A DNA stretch of 61,769 nucleotides from an uncultured virus (IMG/VR IMGVR_UViG_3300042446_002147). Lineage: Duplodnaviria > Heunggongvirae > Uroviricota > Caudoviricetes. The position numbers and the translations under genes are program-made. This document shows, piece after piece, positions 10,470 to 20,305 of the stretch. The notes beneath the pieces are model-generated. The model did no database searches, was not told the DNA's origin, and saw nothing but the letters and a program-made list of their open reading frames with translations. The first letter of the stretch is position 1; each line of letters opens with the position of its first letter. The stretch lies in the IMG/VR virus record IMGVR_UViG_3300042446_002147, positions 62,001 through 123,769 of that record; one strand, given 5' to 3'.

Positions 10470-10823
10470 ATGAAAAATTTAATAGAATATAATAGCTTCT
10501 TATTAGAATCTAAATCGATTAATGATTCTAGATCCTTTGAGGATAGAGTTAAGTTTCTTAGGGGTGTATCTGACAATAATAAAAAAATTGCAATAGATTT
10601 ACAAAAAGAATATTCCAGAGCAAATAAGGGTGTAATAACAGAATTAAATTTACATCCGGATTTAATTAAGAAGATTAAGGAAAAAAAATACCCAGATGGA
10701 TTCAGCATGGGTATTGATAAAAATGGATTCTTTGTACATACTCATAGGGCTAGATCTAAATCACACGAAACTCCTTCTGGTATAACAGCAAAAGAAATGA
10801 AATTCATAGATTCTACTGGCTAA
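10470..10823 (+). CDS. Small hypothetical protein with capsid-targeting-like N-terminus
   Basis: Starts MKNLIEYNSFLLES; conserved-looking C-terminal FFVHTHRARSKS...FIDSTG. Confidence 0.65.
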   Translation: MKNLIEYNSFLLESKSINDSRSFEDRVKFLRGVSDNNKKIAIDLQKEYSRANKGVITELNLHPDLIKKIKEKKYPDGFSMGIDKNGFFVHTHRARSKSHETPSGITAKEMKFIDSTG

Positions 10824-10913
10824 TTATTTAAAACTAATAGCGGATTTATTTTAATTTACCTATCTATAATTATATAAGAAATTGTCATAAAAATATTGCA
10901 GATATATTTCTTT

Positions 10914-10922
10914 GAATATATA
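10914..10922 (+). promoter_or_regulatory. Putative late-promoter motif GAATATATA
   Basis: Heads the gp25-gp6-gp7-like operon. Confidence 0.6.
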
Positions 10923-10930
10923 GAACTAAG

Positions 10931-11302
10931 ATGGCAAGATTCTCAGAAATTTATCCTAGAACACCGGATGATCCTAGATACAAAGAAGGATTATTACATA
11001 CTGACGATGAAGTAGAAATACTAATCGGTATGATTAAGCAGTGTATGTTAACTACACCAGGTGAAGTTCTTGGAGATCCTTATTTTGGTATAGATCTAGA
11101 AGGCTTATTATTCAATTTTAATGTGGATCAAGTCACTTTAGAAAGAGCAATAAGACTACATTTAATAACATACGTTCCTTTAGCATCAAGTAAATTTAAT
11201 GTGAATTTTACTGTGGGATTCTTTAAAGGAGAAACTAGAGATTCATGTGTTATTGATTTTGCTATAAAAGGTAACCCTATATTGGGAATTAAAATAATAT
11301 AA
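10931..11302 (+). CDS. Baseplate wedge subunit, gp25-like
   Basis: LTTPGEVLGDPYFGIDLEGLLF matches the GPW/gp25 motif; lies before a gp6-like gene. Confidence 0.85.
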   Translation: MARFSEIYPRTPDDPRYKEGLLHTDDEVEILIGMIKQCMLTTPGEVLGDPYFGIDLEGLLFNFNVDQVTLERAIRLHLITYVPLASSKFNVNFTVGFFKGETRDSCVIDFAIKGNPILGIKII

Positions 11303-11303
11303 T

Positions 11304-13001
11304 ATGGATTTATTAGATAAGAACAAAGCAAAAATATCAGATCTATTATCACAGACTTTTGATTTAATACAGGCAAGATATGGCATGTCTGAGCAACTAT
11401 TTACTGTTGCTTCTGTTTGGGGACAAATAATATTTGTATTAGATAATCTATCCCAATTTATTTTATTCTTTATTGAAGATTCAATAACAGAGCTTAATAT
11501 AAATACAGCAACACGAGAATCATCTATATACGGATTAGCAACATTAGCTGGACACAACCCAACAAGATCAATAGCAGCAAAGGGTGAGATTATAGTAAAA
11601 TGGAACGGTAAAGGTCTAGAAAATATTGGGGGTGGAGCTATTCTTATACCCAATAATGCACAGGTAAAATGTGTAAACAATGGTAGAACCTATCTTCTTA
11701 AATTAGGACAAGAATATGTTAGGATAAATCTTGATAACACAGCAACTTTATCTGCTTCAATAATAGAAGGAACATTAAATACTAATCAATATACAGGAAC
11801 AGGAAGAAAATTAGAAAGCTTTAATATATCGGCTAGAGGTACATCAGGAATAGAAAATTTTGAAGTTGCTGTTAGAGTAAACGGTAACACATGGAAGAAA
11901 TATGATTCTTTATATGATATACCAAGAAATGCAAGAGGCTATATCGTAAAAAGTTCTTTAATATCAGGTATAGATATTTTCTTCGGTACAGTAGATTTTG
12001 GGTTTCCCCCACCAGCTGGTTCTATAATAGAAGTTGATTATTTAGAGTGTGCTGGAGCGGGTGGTAATTTATTAGTAGATGATTCATCTCAAGCTCTTTT
12101 TAAATTTGATTCAGACGGAACTGATATATTTGGTAGAAATGTAACACTGAGTGAAGTTCTACAAGTTGCCTGTACAATAGCTCCACAATTGGGAGCTAGT
12201 CAAGAGCCTATAGATTTAACAAGACTTCTTGCACCTAAAACATCTAGAAGTTTTGTTTTAGCAAACCCTACAAATTATATAACATTCTTCGAAAAATTTG
12301 GACAGTTTTCAATCATAGAAGCATTTACTACTTTTGATGATCAATACTTAGATGACGATAATATTATCTATTTAATTCTTGTACCCGATATTCAATTAAC
12401 ACTAAAAACTAATGAAACATATTTTGATATTTCTCTTTCTAGATTCAAATTAACTAATGCTCAAAGAGATAGGATTTATCAGTTGTTAGATGAGAGTGGA
12501 CAAAAAATAGTTACTACTGTGGTAAAAATATTAGATCCCGTACTTATTAAATATGTAGTAAATATTGCTTTAACTATATTCGAAGGTAATGATCCTTCCA
12601 CAATAAAAAACCAAATAACTAGTATATTAAGTGATTATTTTCTTAATATAAGAAGAAGAGATAAAATACCTAGATCTGATTTAATTGCAGCAATTGAGTC
12701 TATTTCAGGAGTGGATTCGGTTTCTCTTTACTTTGTAGGAGAGGCTAATGAATTAGCCAAATCACAAAGTCCAAATTCTCCAGATATTGGATTCGATGAA
12801 TTTGGCGATATTGTTATGGGTAAAGACGAAATTGTTGTTATATCTGGCGGATGGGAAGATAGGAATGGTATTTATTATGACTACGGAGCTGGTATGGACA
12901 CTCTATCTTCAGTGAATATAGATATTAGATCTATTGTACCAGTAACTTATAATACTAAAGTAAATAATATATTAAAAAGCTCACTAAATACAGGAAACTA
13001 A
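11304..13001 (+). CDS. Baseplate wedge subunit, gp6/baseplate-J-like
   Basis: TATRESSIYGLATLAGHNP, IFFGT..FG..PPAGSIIEVDYL...G.GGN and IESISGVDSV are typical of gp6. Confidence 0.85.
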   Translation: MDLLDKNKAKISDLLSQTFDLIQARYGMSEQLFTVASVWGQIIFVLDNLSQFILFFIEDSITELNINTATRESSIYGLATLAGHNPTRSIAAKGEIIVKWNGKGLENIGGGAILIPNNAQVKCVNNGRTYLLKLGQEYVRINLDNTATLSASIIEGTLNTNQYTGTGRKLESFNISARGTSGIENFEVAVRVNGNTWKKYDSLYDIPRNARGYIVKSSLISGIDIFFGTVDFGFPPPAGSIIEVDYLECAGAGGNLLVDDSSQALFKFDSDGTDIFGRNVTLSEVLQVACTIAPQLGASQEPIDLTRLLAPKTSRSFVLANPTNYITFFEKFGQFSIIEAFTTFDDQYLDDDNIIYLILVPDIQLTLKTNETYFDISLSRFKLTNAQRDRIYQLLDESGQKIVTTVVKILDPVLIKYVVNIALTIFEGNDPSTIKNQITSILSDYFLNIRRRDKIPRSDLIAAIESISGVDSVSLYFVGEANELAKSQSPNSPDIGFDEFGDIVMGKDEIVVISGGWEDRNGIYYDYGAGMDTLSSVNIDIRSIVPVTYNTKVNNILKSSLNTGN

Positions 13002-13002
13002 T

Positions 13003-13248
13003 ATGGACAAACAGAGTTGGTACGAATTTATAGAATCACAAAATGATGATAGATCAAATAAAGGATTTGATTACGAAGGAAAGATCTTTGAAAAGACACT
13101 TTCTAACCAAATAATAAATGGTGATAATAATAGAGTAGATATATTAGCAAGTATAGAGAAAGTTGTTTATAAATTATTTGAAACCACTAAATACATAAAG
13201 AACTATATTAATTATACAGTTCCTAAAAATAATAAGTACGTAAGATAG
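13003..13248 (+). CDS. Small baseplate-associated hypothetical protein
   Basis: 81-aa ORF tightly coupled between the gp6-like and gp7-like genes. Confidence 0.6.
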   Translation: MDKQSWYEFIESQNDDRSNKGFDYEGKIFEKTLSNQIINGDNNRVDILASIEKVVYKLFETTKYIKNYINYTVPKNNKYVR

Positions 13249-13249
13249 G

Positions 13250-16200
13250 ATGACAACTCAAAATCTTTTATTTTTTAATAAAAAAGGGGATCAATATAAT
13301 TTTCAATGGAATGGAAATTATTGGGAAGGTGCAGTTCTTTTTCCTATTGTTTCAGAAAAACTTTTTGAAGTAGATAACATATTTATAATAGAAAAATTTT
13401 TAGATCTTTCTTCTGATATAAAATACGGATATCCTCATGCAGAATTAACAAGTCCAGGATCTCCTGTATGGAGAACAAGATGGGAATCTGACTATGACGG
13501 AACAACAGATGTATCTTCCACAATTTACACTTATGAACTTGGTGTAGATTCTGTTTTAGATGCTCCTGTATTAGTTAAAGCTAATAGTGTAGAGTTTTAT
13601 CCGGAATTAGTACCAGGAGACACTATATCATCTCCTGAAGGTATAGTTGTAACATCAGATATCACTTCATCTTCAATGCAAATTAATATTGCGCTTAATT
13701 CTGATAGTGAAGGAATATACGATCGCACATTAATATTTGAGGATTATACAGATCCTAATAATCCTGCTACTATTTTAAGAGTTAGTTTTCATGGTGAGGT
13801 TGAAGGAGAAGATAGTAGATTGGCTGTTATGCTCGGAAACTTTGGTAGAGAATTTACCAAATCCGACGCATTCATAGTTAGAGATGGTGATATTAAAGAA
13901 CCGTTACCTGACTATGAAATAATCAATAAGAAAAGGAAGGAGCTATTATTAGAAGGAGAGAGTATATTTCCTTACTTAGGATCTTATAAATCGCTTTTTA
14001 ATGCGATTAAATTCTTTGGCTATTATGATTTAAGGGTTAAAGAATATTGGCTTAATATAAAGACTGATACAGCTGATACATTAACTCCTTTACAACAGAA
14101 TAATAATATATTAAACCAACTTGCTAAACCTAATATGCAAGGAGAAAGCTCTTTGGAACTTATAAGTAGTTTATTAAAAGACGAAAATCAAGGTAAATTT
14201 AAACAGGTAGAGGTTTACGGAAAAAGAAAAGATGGTACTTTCGGATTAAAAAAACAATTTGAAGAAATATTCCCAACTAAATCTTACAAGAAGACTTCTC
14301 TATTTGGACTTTTTTATGATATTAATCGTGTAGTAGAAGGGCAAGACGAGGATCAATATGGATACCCTATTGTTGAGGATTCTTTTGTTTTTAGTCCAGA
14401 GGAGGTTTTAATTAAATTATTCGGATTAAAAGAAAGATTAAAGAGAGATTATTTGCCACTTAATGCTAGAATTGTTGATATAACTGGTGAGGGTGTATAT
14501 TTCAATATCTATAAAACAAGAGGTTGGACAGACGTACTAGATGTTTCTGAAGTAAAGGCAGGTATACAAGTAGACTTTAGTGTATTTCCTAAAGAAGGTT
14601 ATATTGAGGATTTAAGAGTATTTTATACTAAACCCAATCAATCTGGTATATTATACCCTGCTGTAAATGGAACAGAGCTAGGAATAAGTTATTATGGTAA
14701 TACCGTGGATCCTTATTCTTATTTTCAAGAATATCCTATATCGGCTATTCCTTTATTAAAGACTGCAGTTGATAGTTACTATCAAGATATAGATAATGGA
14801 GAAATGCCTAAATTTTTAGGCGATGGCGATTACAATCCTCCGGGATATAAGTTATTCTCTGATGGGTCTGATTATGTGCTTCCTGCAGGATGTCCTGTGA
14901 TAATAAAAAATAATACATTCAATCTTTCTTGGGATGAAACAGGAGTAAGCTGGAGATCTTTAGATTCAACAGTTACTACAACACCTTTAGAAGTTGCAGA
15001 CTATAATTCAACTACATCTAGTAATCCGGGGGGTCAATTACAGATTGTTAACAGTACAACTTCTTTAATACTAGATCCTTCACTCCCTAATGGTATAAAT
15101 ATAAATATAGGTACAGGTAAAGATTGGTTTGATACCACATTACCTGAGACATTATTTGTGAGAATTGAATCTATAGATTCTCCTGGAAATTTATACTTAG
15201 GATATGTTAGTGCTGGAGATTATAATACAGTTACTGGTAATCTATTTGTACAGGTAGTTTATACTAGAGGCACAGGAACTTATGCTAATTGGAATGTCAC
15301 TCCTACAAATATAGGATTTAGTGCATACACTTTTGAATACTATGAGAATTTTGTACAATCTGGGGGATTCTATTCTTGGGATAGATTACCTTATTTAGAT
15401 TTCTATGAAATAGAATGGACAATATACAAAGAAGATAGTAGACCTTATTACTTTCAAATTAGAGGAAAATTACCAGAATTAGAAACACTAGTGCATTTCT
15501 TACCTTATGATGGTAATTACAATGTTAAATGTAGGGTTTGGGACACTTTAAATTCAATTTCTTTAGGAATAAAAAGAAGTGTAATAAAAGTCAATAAGAG
15601 ACAAATAGAACTTAATACACTTACAAGATTTAGAGAATCGGAAGTTTATGATTGGAATAATGTTCCTTTGAAATGGGAAAGTTATCCTTCACAATGGATA
15701 TTCCCTGTAGAGAATACTAATAAGATATTAGATATTTCAGATTTTATACAAAAATATCCGGAGTATTCTAATAATTTTAGTGAGGGACAAACATGTGAAA
15801 TATTAACTAAATTACCGGAAGTAAAAGCCACATCAACTTTTGATATTTCGATAATTAAAATCAATATAACAAATATAGTTAGTCCTTATAATTCGGGATA
15901 CAGTTTAGCTGTAGTTACTACTACAACTCCTCATGGATATACAACAGGAGATACTGTATGGATTTACGATTCTGTTGGAGCTCCTTATGGACAATTTCCT
16001 ATAATAGTAACAGGGACAAACACATACGAAATCCCACAAATAATAACTACCTCCATTACTGGTGGTTATTCTTATGGCGCTGGTAGTATAAAAGTGATAG
16101 CTGATTCAATAGTTATTGCAGATTGTAATTTCATGGGGGATTTAAACTCCACTTGTAGTTTAATATATTCATCAATAAACCTTTCATTGGTAACTCCAAA

Positions 16201-19200
16201 ATGTAAGGTGATAAATTTAATAGATTCTAATATTTCTGGTTATAAGACTTTCACTATACAGGCTCCTAATGATTCGGGTGATATATTTAATGGCAAATCT
16301 TTAATTTTACAAACAACGGGGTCAATAATAGCAACACCAACAGTGACTTCTTTCTCTGGAGGATTAAACCAGAGAGAAGAATATCTTTCATATGATTTTA
16401 ATACAATTCCAAATTCCATAATGAAATATTGGGGTACTAAGAGATTATCATGGGATACATTTGAAGATTTTGAATTCCAAAAAGCATATGCTCACACTTG
16501 GGATATGTATGATTACCATAATGATTGGTTAGGTGGATTTGATTTATACTCTTTACAGTATGGTGACAGAGTGAAAGTTACTGATGATTCTACGGGTATT
16601 GTATTTGGAGAAACAGATTCACCTATTAATAGTTATTTGGATCTTTCCGAAGCTGCAGATCAACTTAATGATTCAATCGATGATAATATAAAAAGATTTG
16701 ATTATATAGTTAGAGGATTTTCTGAATTACCAAATAGGTTTTACCCTAATGGCGATCCTATATCTCCAGATTTAAGTACTAATCCTGGACCTCAAAATAT
16801 TAGATCTACATTTTATAAAATCCCTGAATACTCACCTGTAGCATTTTTACCTACAGGAATTGCTTGGGATGGTGATGGGGATATATGGATAACAGGAGAA
16901 GACGTAGTAAAATTTGATGGTGCTAATTATGTTACATATAATTCTGCTAACAGTGTTTTACCAGGGATTGGCCTATCTACTAATTGTATAAAAATAGACA
17001 GAAACGATGTTAAATGGATTGGTTTAGAAAATAGCCTTAATCCGCTTGTTAAAATAGATGATAAGGATCCCACAAATAGCATTGCATATTCTGTTAGTGA
17101 TTTTGTTGATAATGGTGGTAATCCAGTTTCTCCAGTAATAGCTTCGAGTATACATGCAATTGAAATAAATCCGCAGTCGGGAGATATATTTGCTGCATTT
17201 GTTTGTAATGCTTCACCTTCCTATGATGGACTTTTATTCTACGATTCATATGCTAAATCGTGGCATCTTTATACGGTATTAAATTCTAATATTCCTTCTG
17301 ATAATATAAGAGATATTAGATTGGAATATTACGGAATAAATAAATGGTATCTTTGGATTGCTACTGATACAGGTCTTTCTAAATTTAATGGTGTAGATTT
17401 TAAAAATTACGACACAACAAATTCTGGTATTCCTTCCAATTCAATTTATTCTATAGAGCTTGATTCATTGAATCATAAATGGTTAGGCACAGCAGATGGA
17501 TTAGTTTATTGGGATAATATAAGATGGGCAGTATGGAATAATGCTACTAATCCTGAACTATCTTTAGGTACATTCGGTAATATAGTGGAAACTGGAAATG
17601 CTAATATATGGTTTACTATAGATCCTTCAACTTCTCCTGGAGACACAGAATTATATTTCTTTGACGGATACTTTTTCACTAAAGTACTATATAGAAATGA
17701 CGGAACAACATTAATAAATCCTTGCAATATATTTCATGGAAAAACTCTTCTTTCTGCTCCTTGGAAAACTATTAAAAATGGTGAAACCACTTACCCTAAA
17801 AATTTACTACTTGTTACAGATCTTGGAGAACTTGCTAAGATTGATTATGTGATACCACATATACATGCCACTTCAAAATTTCCGGGCACACAAGGATGGG
17901 ATTTCGTTTATCATGATACTTCTACACCTTTACCTGCGGTTCAATACATTTATAATGGAGGCATTGGATTCTCTCAATTAGGATTTAACTTTATTATAGG
18001 TAACGGAGGAGACAATCTCACACTAAACTCTGATTACACTAGACCTGTCATGCCTAACGTAGATAAATACTCTTGGTATAAGCCTATTTGGCAGCGTTAT
18101 AACATACATAAACTGAAAGACCAGTTTCCATCTTTAAACCTTAACGATGTCTTCTTATACGCTCCGCTACGAGATATTATAGAGGGAAAAGCAACCAAAG
18201 AAAGTTACTGGAGAAATTCACAAATAGAAAGAATAGCACAGAAGAAGTCTAGAAATCTTTTTGAGAATTTTGAATGGATAATCACATTGGGGAATAGCCA
18301 ACCAGATCAAGGTGTTAAAGTCACCGTTGATAAAGAAGGCGATGTGATTGCAATAGGAGACTTTCAAGGAACAATATTCATGGGAGAGGTTAATAACATA
18401 GGTACACAGGACGTTTATTTAACTAGTGCAGATTCTGGTGTTTATATTAGTAAGTATAATAAAGGAGGGGTTTTACAGTGGGCAAGATCCATCTCTACAA
18501 CTTCACCACAAGGACCGATATATGCTAGATCGGTTACGACCGATGTAAATTCTAATGTTTATGTAGCAAGTGATAACAATCTTACTGGATTCATAGAAAT
18601 TGATAAGTATAATAGTTCTGGGCTTCTTTTAAACACTGTTAATATACCAATATCTCCCGATCAATTCTTAGGTGATATTAAAGTTGATAAGTACGAGAAC
18701 ATTTATATCTGTGGAGGATTCCAAGGCACATTAAATCTAGGAATTCACACCTTGTCATCGTCACAGGATGTAGGATTTATTGCTAAAATGGATTCAACCC
18801 TAAATTTTGTATGGGCAAAAGAACTAGACTCTACTACCTATTCAAGAGCTTATGAATTAACTATTATGAATGAGTCTGATATTTATATTACTGGATTATT
18901 CCAAAATGATATAGATCTAGGAGCTATTTCTTTAACAGGAGTCGGTATTCCTGATATGTTTGTTGGTAAATTTTACTCAGGGGATGGTGCTTGTATATGG
19001 GCAGAATCATTTGCTTATGATGCTTCAACATCTTTCGTTTCTCCTTCTATTTGTTTAGATCCTAAGGGACATATATTAATTACAGGATCTTTCCAAGGAA
19101 CTATGACAATACAGAATAGCAAAATCACATCATTCCCTGGATACGATGATATATTTGTTGTTAAAATTCTTTCAACTGGGAAATTAATATGGCTTAAAAT

Positions 19201-20014
19201 GTGCGGAGGAGCATCAGGAGACACTTCCCATGATATAGAAAGCGATTCAGAAGAGAATGTTTATATAACAGGATCTTATACATCTGGTTCTTATTTTTCA
19301 CCAGAGGAGATTGATTCAAGAGGAGGCACAGACATATACTTAACTAAATTTAATAAAGACGGAACTTTAGTAGATATAGTTACTGCTGGCGGAATTAATA
19401 ATGATTCGGGTGCAGATCTTGTACTTGATTCAGAGGAGAATATTTATATAACAGGTTACTTTGAAGGCGAAGCTGAATTTTCACCTTATGTAGTTACATC
19501 TCCTCCCGGAGGTAGTCTTGATGCTTTCTTGGGTAAAATACCAAAGGAAAGATTTAATTCAGGCTATAAGATAGGAGCAGTTCAATCTTGGTTAGGGTCT
19601 CATTCATGGGCATGGAAGGAAGAAAAATTCTTCCAAGAAGAATTTGAAATACCTTTAGCTACCACTATATTTATAAATCCTATTGATTCTTTAGTACCTG
19701 GTAAGAAAGATCATATATGGACTTTAACTGATACTGAAACAGGGGAAGTCATAGCTAAGATTAGAAAGACACCATATTTTATATGGACATTTGTAAATTC
19801 CGGATTTTATACAATCTCTTGTGAATTACAGGATGCTAATGGTAATCTTTATCAAACTGAGCACAAAGGAAAAATTAGAGTGATAGATCATAAAAATCCT
19901 ACTGCTGGTGATTTAATTCCCGAGATAGTTAATCCTGAAGATTATCTTCTGAGATCAATATATTATGATAGAAAAGAAATGGGGTTTCCGCCTTTGTCTA
20001 AATTTGAAATTTAA
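13250..20014 (+). CDS. Giant gp7-like baseplate wedge protein with beta-propeller (Reg_prop-like, SBBP-like) and PKD-like domains
   Basis: GSYKSLFNAIKFFGY resembles the gp7/tail-I motif. Repeats such as IAWDGDGDIWI, IELDSLNHKWLGTADGL and DSEENVYITG indicate propellers. Confidence 0.65.
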   Translation: MTTQNLLFFNKKGDQYNFQWNGNYWEGAVLFPIVSEKLFEVDNIFIIEKFLDLSSDIKYGYPHAELTSPGSPVWRTRWESDYDGTTDVSSTIYTYELGVDSVLDAPVLVKANSVEFYPELVPGDTISSPEGIVVTSDITSSSMQINIALNSDSEGIYDRTLIFEDYTDPNNPATILRVSFHGEVEGEDSRLAVMLGNFGREFTKSDAFIVRDGDIKEPLPDYEIINKKRKELLLEGESIFPYLGSYKSLFNAIKFFGYYDLRVKEYWLNIKTDTADTLTPLQQNNNILNQLAKPNMQGESSLELISSLLKDENQGKFKQVEVYGKRKDGTFGLKKQFEEIFPTKSYKKTSLFGLFYDINRVVEGQDEDQYGYPIVEDSFVFSPEEVLIKLFGLKERLKRDYLPLNARIVDITGEGVYFNIYKTRGWTDVLDVSEVKAGIQVDFSVFPKEGYIEDLRVFYTKPNQSGILYPAVNGTELGISYYGNTVDPYSYFQEYPISAIPLLKTAVDSYYQDIDNGEMPKFLGDGDYNPPGYKLFSDGSDYVLPAGCPVIIKNNTFNLSWDETGVSWRSLDSTVTTTPLEVADYNSTTSSNPGGQLQIVNSTTSLILDPSLPNGININIGTGKDWFDTTLPETLFVRIESIDSPGNLYLGYVSAGDYNTVTGNLFVQVVYTRGTGTYANWNVTPTNIGFSAYTFEYYENFVQSGGFYSWDRLPYLDFYEIEWTIYKEDSRPYYFQIRGKLPELETLVHFLPYDGNYNVKCRVWDTLNSISLGIKRSVIKVNKRQIELNTLTRFRESEVYDWNNVPLKWESYPSQWIFPVENTNKILDISDFIQKYPEYSNNFSEGQTCEILTKLPEVKATSTFDISIIKINITNIVSPYNSGYSLAVVTTTTPHGYTTGDTVWIYDSVGAPYGQFPIIVTGTNTYEIPQIITTSITGGYSYGAGSIKVIADSIVIADCNFMGDLNSTCSLIYSSINLSLVTPKCKVINLIDSNISGYKTFTIQAPNDSGDIFNGKSLILQTTGSIIATPTVTSFSGGLNQREEYLSYDFNTIPNSIMKYWGTKRLSWDTFEDFEFQKAYAHTWDMYDYHNDWLGGFDLYSLQYGDRVKVTDDSTGIVFGETDSPINSYLDLSEAADQLNDSIDDNIKRFDYIVRGFSELPNRFYPNGDPISPDLSTNPGPQNIRSTFYKIPEYSPVAFLPTGIAWDGDGDIWITGEDVVKFDGANYVTYNSANSVLPGIGLSTNCIKIDRNDVKWIGLENSLNPLVKIDDKDPTNSIAYSVSDFVDNGGNPVSPVIASSIHAIEINPQSGDIFAAFVCNASPSYDGLLFYDSYAKSWHLYTVLNSNIPSDNIRDIRLEYYGINKWYLWIATDTGLSKFNGVDFKNYDTTNSGIPSNSIYSIELDSLNHKWLGTADGLVYWDNIRWAVWNNATNPELSLGTFGNIVETGNANIWFTIDPSTSPGDTELYFFDGYFFTKVLYRNDGTTLINPCNIFHGKTLLSAPWKTIKNGETTYPKNLLLVTDLGELAKIDYVIPHIHATSKFPGTQGWDFVYHDTSTPLPAVQYIYNGGIGFSQLGFNFIIGNGGDNLTLNSDYTRPVMPNVDKYSWYKPIWQRYNIHKLKDQFPSLNLNDVFLYAPLRDIIEGKATKESYWRNSQIERIAQKKSRNLFENFEWIITLGNSQPDQGVKVTVDKEGDVIAIGDFQGTIFMGEVNNIGTQDVYLTSADSGVYISKYNKGGVLQWARSISTTSPQGPIYARSVTTDVNSNVYVASDNNLTGFIEIDKYNSSGLLLNTVNIPISPDQFLGDIKVDKYENIYICGGFQGTLNLGIHTLSSSQDVGFIAKMDSTLNFVWAKELDSTTYSRAYELTIMNESDIYITGLFQNDIDLGAISLTGVGIPDMFVGKFYSGDGACIWAESFAYDASTSFVSPSICLDPKGHILITGSFQGTMTIQNSKITSFPGYDDIFVVKILSTGKLIWLKMCGGASGDTSHDIESDSEENVYITGSYTSGSYFSPEEIDSRGGTDIYLTKFNKDGTLVDIVTAGGINNDSGADLVLDSEENIYITGYFEGEAEFSPYVVTSPPGGSLDAFLGKIPKERFNSGYKIGAVQSWLGSHSWAWKEEKFFQEEFEIPLATTIFINPIDSLVPGKKDHIWTLTDTETGEVIAKIRKTPYFIWTFVNSGFYTISCELQDANGNLYQTEHKGKIRVIDHKNPTAGDLIPEIVNPEDYLLRSIYYDRKEMGFPPLSKFEI

Positions 20015-20022
20015 TAATTATT

Positions 20023-20295
20023 TCAATAACATTCATCTATTAATTTAGCCAATTTTATATCCTTTTCAGTTATTATATCTCCTGCATCATGAGTTGATAA
20101 CTTGAGAGATATTTTGTTATAAATCCAATTAATTTCGGGATGATGTTTTTCCTCTTCACATATTATTGAAATCTCATTTATAAATTTTAAAGCCTGTTTA
20201 AAATCCTGAAAATTAAAATTTCTTTCCAGTTTATTATAAACTTCTGTCCAATCGGAATTTGATTGGAATTTTTTATATGTCTTTAGATTTATCAT
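20023..20295 (-). CDS. Pterin-4-alpha-carbinolamine dehydratase (PhhB/DCoH family)
   Basis: F.FQDFKQALKFIN.I...EEEKHHPEI...YNKI...LSTHDAG.ITEKDIKLAKLID. Start placed at the second ATG (20295), which avoids overlap with the upstream gene. Confidence 0.9.
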   Translation of the reverse strand: MINLKTYKKFQSNSDWTEVYNKLERNFNFQDFKQALKFINEISIICEEEKHHPEINWIYNKISLKLSTHDAGDIITEKDIKLAKLIDECY

Positions 20296-20305
20296 ATTAT
20301 TAAAA

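Noticed and set aside
10464..10472. In-frame TAG-TAT-ATG junction suggesting readthrough from the endonuclease into the next ORF
   Set aside because: The nuclease domain is complete, the downstream ORF has its own tagged N-terminus, and in-frame junctions occur elsewhere in the window by chance.
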